A stretch of DNA of 64,000 nt from Camelus dromedarius (lineage: Eukaryota), in assembly GCF_036321535.1 (NCBI RefSeq), contig NC_087448.1, positions 4,216,001-4,280,000 on the forward strand, read 5' to 3'. Under the pieces are notes generated by a model. It ran no database searches. It saw nothing but the letters and a program-made list of their open reading frames with translations, and had not been told where the DNA came from. Below, piece after piece: positions 50,221 to 61,470 of the stretch; positions within the stretch are counted from its first letter, which is position 1; every line of letters starts with the position of its first letter. A program made the translations under genes and the position numbers.

Positions 50221-53079
50221 GAAAAATAAGGTCTTATTGTAAGTAGGTAATCTACAAAATGACACAATAAGATTTTTATTTATTTTTTTATCAATGTGAA
50301 AACTGAGTATCTCTGTATAAACAGACTTTTCTGTTTTCCCAAACTTTCTAATAAATACAAATATGTGTTCCCTGAGATGACAGCAGATGGCCCAGTGGCC
50401 GAAGCGTGTTCTACTTCTAAACTAATTTATACCTCATCCCTTTTCCCATCTACACAGTAAAATCAGACGTTTGACTCTATTGTAGCTCACTTTCTATATT
50501 AATAAAATTGTAGCTTGTTGTGAGGTTTAATTAGATAATAAAGCACTTTGGGGCCCCTCCTCGATAAGTCTGTGTGGGTGAAGAATATTGCTAACTTAGT
50601 AATCATATGCACTGAAAAATTTTCCCCTAAAACGTGCAGACAGTTTTAAAACCCTGGACAATCACATCAGCTTTGGGTAGAGTTAAAAATAAGGACTGCT
50701 GAGAACCTTCATCGTGGGATGGATGAACTATGTCGTGCTCACTTGCTTTTTAAAACTTCTATTTAAATGTTTAGTTAGGAAGGAATGCTTCTATGCATTA
50801 TAATTAAATGCAAGCACAGATTCTTCACCACAAAAGAGTCATTTTCCATTCAGTTTCTACTAATTTTTTTTTTGTCCCCAAATGAATCAATATGAAAATT
50901 AAGCGGGTTGTCTGAAAGCCTTAAAAAGAAGTATAGCTTTCATAATACAAGGAAGATTAAAATGAATTAAAAATCTCAAAGCACATCCTTTTAGAAAAAT
51001 TGCATGCTATATACTTGAAGCCCTTAAAGGTAGCTTTTCCAGAGAAAAGAAAAATGAACAAAGAGGACATCTCGTTCCAGTTTATCTTCTTTAGAAGCTG
51101 GAACCTTTTCACAGTCGAAGCACAACTTTTCGCTTTTAATTGGTGAGCTTGTAATGGGAAGCCCGCTGGCAAGAGGGGAACCTTGTCCTGAATAGAGATG
51201 AAGGGGACCTATAACGGGCGGGAGGTTTGCAGGTAGAGAACGAATAAAAGATTCAAGTTTACGTGTTTCCTGGAATCTTCTCCTGACATTCTCACCCTTT
51301 CGGAGCTGCAGAATCTGGCCAGACATCTTGCACGTACTTCAGAATGAACTGAAGTTAGGAACTTCTTACTTCACCTGTTCAGTCCTCACTCTGGTCTTCT
51401 GTTTGCCAGAATTCACACGCCATGTGTGCGTGTGCGCAGGTGTGCCCGTGCCCACATGTTGTAAAGGGGGTGAAAATGATTCCTCCGTTCCTTTGACGGA
51501 CCACGCCTCCCATTTCAGTGGGGACCTGAGACGCGGGCTAGAAGCACGATGAGACGTGGAAGCGCGTGCCCTGGGACGTCTCTTCCTCCATAAAACACTC
51601 CACTCCCACCATCTCTGCCGGGACCTTGAAGTGAAAGCTACCCGCCATTAAACAGACCCCTTTCCCCCACCTTGAAAAAGGACAACGGCTATGAGTTCAA
51701 CTCCAACTGCACATAGGACGGCTCATATGTTACCAAAATATTTTGTCCATGTTAGACACTGATGTTCAATTTTGGCATAAATGGATCTAAACCATTCTTT
51801 TAGTTTAAAAGAAGAACTGATAATTCCAGGGTTTTCTGTGCAACAGGTCACACAGACACACAGATGGTGTCTTAATTACTGTGTTGTCCAGAAGCTAGTA
51901 GGTATGAATCTGTCCACCAGCATTTATATGGGAGTGTTTTTCACTTATCTAACTGCAGGGGGAAAAGACAGTGGAAATCACCCAACCATCAGAAGAGGGA
52001 ATCATAGGACCGCCAAGTGAGTTGACGCCATCTTGGTTTCTTTTCAGGTTAACTAGAAAGTTGAAGTAGAGCCTGATGGATTTAGGTTATGTTGAATAGA
52101 AATTATAAGCAATAAACAGTTACAGAGATAATTATTTTTCTTCTCGATAGTGTTTGTTACACACACTATTGCTCCAGACACTCACATCCTTGGCCTGTGT
52201 ACACATGGATACACATGGGTTTTATGAAACAGCCTCTAAAGATTTTATTGATGGCTTTACTCATGCCCATTGTGCTGGAGGAATCAGTCTACTGAACAAG
52301 CAGGTTTGCGCAGCCGTGGAACACTACAGAAGGCCAACTTGCCCACCCAGGTGTGGGCAGCACACCAAACTCACGTCTCCAAGGTGGTACAAACACTCTC
52401 CTTCAATCCTAGACGCTGACATCGGAATCTCTTGCTAACGACTAAGTACTCTTCCCTTGGCTGTTTCTGAAAAGGAGCAGCTCAACTAAGATTTCCAGGC
52501 ACCAACATCTTCTGACCCCATCTCTGATCAACCGCTTGGCACACCAATATCTGCACCTTTATGAACATGTGGCCAGGGGAAATCCACTTTTCCACACACA
52601 GGAGAGGTCCTCTGCCCTCCCTCTTTTCGTGTTAACTCTCACGGCCCCTCTGCTGCCAGCATTAGTCCACTCTTCCCCAAGCCTTTGTGTCTAACACATC
52701 AGAGGGGACAAAGCAGACGTGACAACAGATGCAACCTGGGCTCATGGAGCAGAAAAAGAACCTGAGTGGTGACACTGCCGAAACTTAGAAAAGGTGTGCA
52801 GGTTAGCTAACAGCAGTGTAATGCTGTTTGTTTCCCAGCTTCAGTAAGTGCGCAGTGGCTGTGTCCGGGGCTGACGTTAGGAAAAGCTGATGAAAAGATG
52901 CACACAGACTGTGCTATTGTTACAGTTTTTCTATAGGTCTAAAATTATTTCAAAAGAAAATTTTAAACTAATAATTTTGATCAATTACTAACTATATACT
53001 AGACACTACTCTAACTCACATGTACATGCAATCATACACATGCACATCTATAGTTTATTATCAGCAAGGTCTGAAAGAT

Positions 53080-53200
53080 AAGGACTGTTATCCCCATTTT
53101 ACAGATGAAGAAACCAAGGCACCAAGAGGTCAGGTAACATGCTCCAGCCCATACACCTGAGTGCCAGGACCAGGCTTAGGACACAAGCTCCAAGAGTCTT
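53080..53200 (-). mobile_element. MIR SINE core
   Basis: atccccattttacagatgaagaaaccaaggcaccaagaggtcaggtaacatgctcc. Confidence 0.75.
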
Positions 53201-53456
53201 CTGAAGCTCCCCCCAGGTTTCTTTACTAACTTTTAATGAGCATCGAGTTAATTATGATCCTTCAGGATATTAAAGATACATGTTCAAGAGATAATTTAGC
53301 TTCCCAGATCACCTAGAATTGAAAGACACAATTGAGATGCAAATTTACCTAGAATAGCTTAAATTAGGGCAAAAAGACCATGCAGGCACTGATGTGGCTT
53401 TTTGAGAATCCAGCGTGGAAGAGCGTATGTCCCTCTGAAGAGGAGAGGCTTTTCCA

Positions 53457-53611
53457 GGGTGGGTATAGCACAGTGGTGGAGCATGTGCTTAGCTTGCACA
53501 AGGTCCTGGGTTCAATCCAGTCAAAAAAATTTTTAAATAAATTAACAAACCTCCAAAAAAGAAAAAACTTCATTCCTTTAAAAAACAAAATAAAATTTAT
53601 TTTTTAAAAAA
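53457..53611 (+). mobile_element. tRNA-derived Vic-1-like camelid SINE
   Basis: gggtgggtatagcacagtggtggagcatgtgcttagcttgcacaaggtcctgggttcaatcc. A box TAGCACAGTGG at 53466-53476, B box GGTTCAATCC at 53509-53518, then an A/T-rich tail instead of a tRNA acceptor stem. Confidence 0.85.
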
Positions 53612-56384
53612 CAGGAGGATTTCGTGTGGAGTTCAGTGGTGTGCAGAAAACAGCCTACTAACCGGCCCTCTCGAGGGGACTGGGGGGGCTGCGATGTGTA
53701 GCATTTGCCTATTTTCACGGTGACATTCTTGTTACGGGTGACGTAGAACCACCAACCTGATGTCAACAGGCTCTCAAATCCATACAGATTTAACAATTAG
53801 CTCTTGAACCAGTCTGATCAGGCCCAAGGCACCGAGGAACCATCATTACAATGGCCGTGGCGTCCTATTTAAAAAAGTGAGAGAATGAAAACTAGGCGGG
53901 CAAGTTTCCTAATGTGTGTTGCGTCCGTGCACATGATACTTGTGCGAACATAAAGAAGAAACTGCATGAAGGCAGCCCCTGCTGGTGGGGCTGATGCACC
54001 TCACCGTGAAGTCTTCCTGCAGCACCAAGTCACTCAGAACAGCGTGGACGTTTGATTATTTTCTTGACTCCCCGGTGAACTGTTCACATCTACGCAGAAA
54101 GAAGTGTGGCCCTACCACAGGGCACAGACAGGAGGGATCCGAGCAGAAGGACCACCCAGACGTGCCCTCTATGGGTCTGAAGGGTTTCTAAAGAAGAAGT
54201 GACAATTTTTTTTAGGGGTTTTAATTCTGTTACTCATACTGAAGTGAAGATGTACAGATATGGAGAAACCAACAGCACAATGTTGGTGAAAAGAGACCAA
54301 CATCACAGTGCTCATTTTTATTTTGTGGGACATGTGGAACATTCCAAGTCTCCTTGGAGAGGAAAAAGAGTGCGTTGAGTGTGAGAAGAGAAGCTCTTCT
54401 GATGGCAGAGGCCTGGGCGGCCCGCTGAGATCTGGTGGGCAAAAGACACATCTGACCATCACGGGACTCACCTCCTCCATGCTCGAGTGCAGCGCACACA
54501 CAGGAAACAGATCTCCTCTCAATCACTTCAATTACTCTCACTCATTCAAAAAATATTTAATGTATTTCCATGACCCACTAGGCCTTTTTTTTGAGAGGCT
54601 GAAAATACAATGCTGAATGTTCTTTGCTTTCCTGAAGTTCCTATACTGGCATTCAAGACTTTATCTCTTCACATCTTTGATAAACACTACGGAGGAAAAG
54701 AGGAAAATGCATGGTGGTGAGTAACGAACTATGGAGCATAGCCCAGAAGCATCTGGCAAGGTTTCCCTGAAGGAGGTCCCTAAGAAAGAGCCCCAAGACA
54801 CAAAGGATGCACAGGAGTCCCCTAGATGAGGCTCAGTACGGAAAAGAGAACATTCCACTGTAGGGAGCCACAAGCTTGAAGGTTCTTGAGGCGTAAGAAG
54901 TCAGGAAACTGCAAGAACTTGAGGGCGCTGGCAGCTCTGAAAGCCAGAAGAAACAGCCACGACAGCAGGGTGTGACATGATTCGATGGACAATAAAAGTA
55001 AAAGCGGGAATTGCTTAGCTTAGTCTGTAAACCCTCTGACCAGGAGCTGCAGAGCAGTTAAGCCAACTAATATTGAAAGCACATGACGGTAGCGTTTGGT
55101 AGACCGTTAGCTACTTTCAGCAGAGGCTGGCGTAGACAAGGAACGAGCAAACTTTACGAAAAAACAACTATTATTTTAAGTACTAAAGGAGTGCTCATAT
55201 TTCCCAACTGCAAACCTGTAATATTGCCCTCTTCTTCTAAGTTTTTGTTTATTAAGTTTATGCTTTATTTTTAAAGATGAGCCCAGACTTGTAAAGCCTC
55301 ATTAAGCCATTCCAGAACTAGACAAATGGAAAGAATGAGTTTGTTTGATTCCTTCGGAGCATGTAAAATCTACAGCTCCCATCTGGGTCCGTTTTCCTAG
55401 GCAACAGGCATATCTGTTACTTACAGAGTACTGGCCTCTGTTCATCAGATGGCTGACTGAGCCCATGGTAAGGTTCAGATCTTTCCCCAATCCCATGGCA
55501 GTGACAGAAGACGTGGAAAAATAGGAAAGAAAAGAAATTTGCAACACCCTGAAAGCAGAATATAAGCCCATCTCTGGACCAGAAATTTTGAAGAATTTCT
55601 AGGAGATGTATCTGTACCCCATAGGGCATCTGGAATTCAAAAGAATGAGGTTCAGTCAGTGTGGAACATTCCAGTGTTTGAGCATCAAAACAAGGTTGGG
55701 AAGGCAGGGCCTGAAAGGAGCTGGATGTTTTTACCAACGAAACCCAGAAACTTGCCCATAAAATCTTGCAGAGAGGGAGGCCTCATAATTTTAGTGAAAG
55801 GGAGCTGTGAAGGAAAGACCAGCACACTGGACTTTACAAAAAATAAAAACTGTGAGGCAAAAATAAAGTTATTAAAAACTATGAATCCAAACAACAATAA
55901 TAATAACAAATGGGAAATATTTTTGCCACATAAATGAGATTAAGTTTCAATACTTGTAATACATAAAAAAGGTTTTAAAAATATTAAGAAAACAATGAAT
56001 CCATGATAGAATAATGGCAAAGAATCAAAATGGTAAGTCAGTCATAAAAAGGATTTCAATGACCCTAAATTTGTTTTGTTTTGTGTTAATGCTCAACCTA
56101 CTAATGATCAACAGAATTCAAAATAAAACAATAAAATACCTTTTTTTTTTTTTTTTTTTACCTAGTAGCTTAGCAAATATAACACTACCCAGTGTTGACA
56201 AGCATGTGGGAAAACCAGGTACATTGCTCTGTGGGAATGTGAACTGTCAGGAGACAGATCTGGAAATAAGGACTGTAGGCCTTGAAAATGTCATACACTT
56301 CAAGATATCAATTCTATTTTTTTTAGGAATTAATCAGGTAAGTTTCTATATTATCTGTTCTATGGAGCTTTATTTTGTAGCCCT

Positions 56385-56819
56385 TGTATTGGGTTGAATC
56401 ATGTCTTCCCTGGTCCCCTCCCCAAGCTCATGTCTTTCCCAGAACCTCAGAATGGAGGTTGAGTCACTGCAGACGCACTTAGCTAAGATGAGGTCATATT
56501 AGAGTAGGGTGGGGCCTTAATCCAACGAGATGGATGTCCTTATAAGAAAAGGAGAAGAACTACAAAGACAGAGACACAAGGAAAAGACAGAGATTGAAGT
56601 GATGTGTCCACAAACCAAGGAAAACCAAGAATTGCCAACCACTAGAAGACAGAAAAAGGCAAGAAAGGATCCTTCCTTAAAGACTTCAGGGAGAGCGCAG
56701 CCCTGCCGACACCTTGATTTTGGACTTCTCGACTCTTGAATTGTGATCGAATAAATTTCTGTTGTTTTAAGTCACCCAGTTTGGGTGCTTTATTACTGCA
56801 GTCCTGGGAAATGATCACA
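56385..56819 (+). mobile_element. MLT1B/C-type MaLR solo LTR
   Basis: TGtattgggttgaat...gatgaggtcatattagagtagggtgggg...gccctgccgacaccttgattttggacttc...aataaatttctgttgttttaagtcacccagtttg...tcaCA. Confidence 0.88.
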
Positions 56820-56872
56820 ATACTAAAATGAAGGAACTACCTAAATGTCTACCACTGGGGACTGGCTAAATA

Positions 56873-57068
56873 CAGTTGACCTTGAACAGTGCAGGTCTGA
56901 ACTGCCCAGGTCCCCTTATATGAGGACATTTTTCAGTAGTAAATACTACAGTGCTACGTGGCTGGTGAATCCTCCAATTCGGAGAAACCACAAATACAGA
57001 GGGCTGATTATAAATTATGTGCAGATCAATCCTCCCCACTACCCCTTATGGTGTTCAGGGGTCAGCTG
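56873..57068. mobile_element. MER8/Tigger2-type MITE with TIRs and TA target duplication
   Basis: TA|cagttgaccttgaaca ... tgttcaggggtcagctg|TA. Confidence 0.88.
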
Positions 57069-59184
57069 TAATTATAACAGATCCATGTAGGGAAACAAAA
57101 TGAAGCTAATAGAAAGAATAAAGTATATCCATGTGGATGGATATGGAAAGATGTCTGCATTGTACTAAGTGGAAATATCTGGTCCTTTAACAATATACAT
57201 GATATAACTTTATTATAACAATAAATATGTATGTTAAAAAGCAGGAAAAATATAATTCAAATTATTAGCATTATTACGGGGAAATAGTACTTTCACTTAC
57301 TATTATTTACATAGGTTTCTATATTGTTTATCGTTTTTTTTAATGAGAGTATATTACTTATAAAATCAATAAGAACTATTAAGGTATTTCAATTTTAGAA
57401 GAAAAAAATACCGTTAAAAAAAAAAACATGATCCTAGGAAATACCAGTCAGAAGCCAGTATAAAAATAACATCATTGAAAATGTTTCTCCTCTAAATGAC
57501 TCACCATTCTCTGTCAGAATGTTTTATTAATAAATATTTGTTTATCCTAACTTGAGTCAAAGCAAAGAAATTGGTGGCAATTCCCTCCTAACAGAGAAAT
57601 TGCTAAAAGGAAACCCTCGAAATAAAAATAAAACTATAGAAAGTATGACATTAGCCAAAGAACCTGTCTGTTAGAACACTGCCCGTTTCTAATGTCTGTC
57701 TCTTTCAGTCCATCATCCAACAGAGACTCCATTTTGAATGGACGCCTCCTCTTCTTCATTGTCTTCCTTCTCCACACAGCGTACCTCCACGTGGACCCGT
57801 CCCTCCTGACCCACACCGTGCCCTGTGGTTTAGTGTTAGCAGTGCATTTGCAAAGGCTGCCACACAAGGATTAAGCACGTTACTCATCAGACGACTGTGT
57901 GTGTTTATCTCAAGCATGTTTGAGAGACTTAGATCTAAGAACTGCTCAAAAGTGTGGCCCACTTTCCAGCGGGGGCGATCTTTTCCATTTCAGATACTTC
58001 CGGTTTTTCTAATTCCAGGCCCGTAAGCAAATATCTGAACTTCATACTGGGCCAAAGAGTAGAAGGTCTGTACTCAGTTAATCAACATAAAAATAGTTAC
58101 CATTTTTTAAGTCCCAGTTTTTATCTGCTGTTGTTTTGCTTTTGCTTTGTTTTCTAATTCATGTGTTCATTAATTCATTCAACCTTTTAATAACTTTTTT
58201 GTGCCTGCTATGAAGGCCGTCACTGGATTAGGCTTCACCTACATCATCTCTGCTCCTCGTGGTGGTCCAACTACGTAGGCATCCCCTTCACCAATTTACA
58301 GATGAGCGAATAACAGTTCCAAGAGCTTAAGTCAAGTTCCCCAAATCTCACAAAGCCTTTTGGCAGAGCTAAGATTCTGTACTGGTTCTATTAGTTTCAC
58401 AGACCCATGATCTGGATTCCTGGCATGCTTACAGAGCCCCTGGTTCAATGGGGACCAAGAAAGAAGGGTTGACCACAAATAAAGCAACAGTGGACAAGAC
58501 AGGGTACCTTTAAGTGCAAGCAAATGCGGTGCAGTGAACATTACAGGACCTCCCGGAGGAAAGTTCCAGTGAATGGAAGGCCTGACCTCACACAGGCCAC
58601 GAACTGAGCCTGGAGAATAATCAGAGTTTATGGGGAGGAGACCAGTGAGGGGCAGGGGGCCTGCTCCAGCCTGGACGACGACAAGAGGGGGCCCAGAGGC
58701 TGAGACCCCCGGGTGGGTGTGTCCAGTTGTACAGTAATCCATTCTGTATTGACAGGGCTTCTCCTCTTCTGACAGGGCAGGTTGTGTACCCCTAACTTCC
58801 CTTTTTCCTTTGGCTGCGAGAGGCTTCAGAATCAAAAGCTGCGCTCAGCCAATCATAGAATTAACGTATTTGCTTTCTCTTCTTTAAACCCCTGATGTTT
58901 AGCATCATATTTTTATGTTACTTATCTCGTGATGATTATCATTGTCTTTATCTTCCAATGTTTCCACTTTTTTCTCTTTCTCCCTTTTTTTTCCTGAATA
59001 GACCTTTTTCTCTAAATAAAGGGATGTTATAGAAATTAAACATATCTAAGTTGGGAAGTTGCTGAATCAGAAGAAATCCTTGGCTGGGCAGTTTGTTCTC
59101 AGTACTCTGCTAGGACACGGTCCTAGAAAGACCGAATGTTTCAGACTCTTCTTGACAAAAGCTTTGAGCTTCCTCTAAGAAACA

Positions 59185-59400
59185 CGTGCCACTTACTATG
59201 TCCCTACTGCATGCATTTGGTATATAATACCTACTTTAACCCTCATAATAAATCTATGAAGTCAGCATTACCATACTCCATGAGAGATGATGAAACTGAA
59301 AATCAAAGGGGCTGGCAAAGCTCCTCAGACCACACAGCGAAGAGATGAGCAAACAAGCTTGGAACTGGACTCCTTTGACTTCAAGGCCCATGTGCATTTT
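59185..59400 (-). mobile_element. MIR SINE
   Basis: cacttactatgtccc...tttaaccctcataataaatctatgaag...gatgatgaaactgaaaatcaaagg...ttgacttcaaggcccatg. Confidence 0.65.
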
Positions 59401-60304
59401 TACACTGAAATCTACCAACGTAATCTACAGCCACAAATGTGTCTCACCACATTCCATAAGTCATGGAATCTTTTTGCTTTGTTTTGGAAATGTTTTCTGC
59501 TTTATTAACTAGAAACTGAGAAATGAAAGTGTAGATTAGAAATTCATCCTAAAGCTATACTTCATCTGTAAAATTAAATTAAAAACAAATACATGGAAAA
59601 CAAAATTGTAAAAACCTAATGTAAACAAAACCTAGTTTAAATCGATTTAAAGGGAGAACCTTAACTAATGAAATCATGTAGGATATGCATTATAAATACT
59701 TCCGTTTAATTACATCAAGCTGATGCTGTCAAATTATGTAAATTATGAAAGAAATACATAAAATATTCTTTTCAAATAATATTTTTGTCTCAGATTATAA
59801 AAATATCAAAGAACCAACATTTTAATATAATAAAGATCAAATAGATATAGACAGAGATATAGACATATAGATACACGGAAGAGCTCGTCAGTCTCTTATT
59901 AGCAGTATTAAAGACTTATTACACTTCTGAGCATAGCCTGCAGTGCCATAATGCAGAGGCTTTTCCTGCAGGGCACTTGCTTGTGCGAGCTGTTCTTTGG
60001 ACCTTTTTGTTTGTTGCACGAATGCCCACACCTAAATCCCCCAGGTAGAGGCCCCCACATCTGGAAGCAGAAATGCATATGCTCATTCTGTTATGGTCTG
60101 TTCTGTCAGGGCCTCCACTGACACCCGAGCCCTGAGCATCCAGTCTGCACATCAGAGACAAGGAAGGGAAGATGCTGTGATAACACAGGCAGGATGGGAG
60201 CACGTGAGTATTCCCTCACGCGCGGCGGTACCCAAGGAACTCCTAGCAGGACTGAGGAGCTTGCTGCCCCGCAAGCCAGCAGCACAGGGGTGTGTTCACT
60301 GGTA

Positions 60305-60412
60305 CCCCCTCAGACTCTGAGCTCCTTGAAGCAGGAGCCATATCTTGCTCATCTCGGCCTTGTTCTCTTTATCCAGACAAGACGCCTGTCACGGACAAGA
60401 TGAATGAGTGAA
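60305..60412 (+). mobile_element. LINE-2 3' terminus
   Basis: cagactctgagctccttgaagcaggagccatatcttgctcatc...gatgaatgagtgaa. Confidence 0.6.
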
Positions 60413-61000
60413 ACTACCTGACATAGAACTTGTACAAATGACTTGAACGTGCCAGTGCACCCAGGGCTTCATGTCTTTGTAGTTACTATCAGTTCCTCAT
60501 TATCTGACCAAAGGGGTGTGTAACACGCAATAGTGGATAAAGACATCTAGAACTTTCTTGAGCCCTAGAGACACAAAGTATGACAAAATGCCAGGAGCCA
60601 GAAGGGGACATTTGGGGAACAATTTAGTTTAGGGGCCGATAACTGAACATTGCATGCTCTGTCATCTTTCATTCCAGCTTTCATGTGATCAACACTATAA
60701 ATGATGGAGAGGTTATCCTATCTTTTTTGATTAAATACATTTACATGTAACAGACTGACAGTGGGGCAGTGATTGATCTACAAAGTAAAACACAACCCAG
60801 GGGAAGTTGTCAGTGTATGAATTAAACAGTGAAGGGAGTCATCCATCTGGAGTGAGGAGAACAGACTCGTCTTGGGGAAAGGCATGTAAGGGGCTGCTGG
60901 ATGACCACGGTCTGGGCCAGCATGAGAAAGACCTGGAATTCTGACCTAACCACCGATTCAGATGGTGCTCAAACAAAGAAAGGACTTTATCTGTGACATT

Positions 61001-61025
61001 AAAAAAAAAAAAAAAAAAAAAAAAA
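61001..61025 (+). repeat. poly(A)25 tract
   Basis: Uninterrupted run of 25 A. Confidence 0.95.
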
Positions 61026-61099
61026 CACAGACCAACTTGTCATCCTAAAACTGATGGCTTATTTGGACGTTTAATTTTTATAACAGGGGCCAAGTCTCT

Positions 61100-61470
61100 T
61101 TACGTACAGCGTAGATTTCCGCACAGAGTGGGAGAGGGGATGTAGGGTTACTGCCTAAGATGCTCACTTTGTCTTAAGAGCAGTTTCGACAGTGGCCGCT
61201 AAGGTCTCAGGTCTCGGAGGAGACGGGGAGACGGGGGGGTCATATAACCAAAGCCACGAACTCCTGCCTGACCGCAGGAAAGGTTCCTCCGTGTGCGAGG
61301 AGAAAGGGGACACAGACTTTTACAGGCTGCTGCCCAAGACACATCAGCGTACCTGCACCCCTCTGCAGCCCACTAACAGTTTTCACTCATCTCAGCCGGC
61401 GTGGGTGAAATATCACAGCAATTACAAAGCTCGGGATGCCGGGGAGCTGAGCTTTAGAAACGGCTCCCGC
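61100..61470. promoter_or_regulatory. Short CpG-retaining element (candidate enhancer or promoter)
   Basis: 19 CpG in ~370 bp by hand count, in an otherwise CpG-depleted neighbourhood, with no recognisable repeat. Confidence 0.4.

Larger units (their letters stand above)
55805..57420 (+). mobile_element. Old L1ME-type 3' region, interrupted by an MLT1 LTR and a MER8-like MITE
   Basis: aatgggaaatatttttgcc...cccagtgttgacaagcatgtggg... | ...acctaaatgtctaccactggggactggctaaaTA | TAattataacagatccatg... is collinear with the L1ME 3' consensus across both inserts. Confidence 0.7.

Noticed and set aside
53457-53530. tRNA gene
   Set aside because: It has A and B boxes but no acceptor-stem closure, and is followed by an A/T-rich tail, so it is a tRNA-derived SINE.
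58332-58835. 167-aa minus-strand ORF
   Set aside because: No recognisable homology, it ends in MIR-derived sequence, and it lacks coding-like composition.
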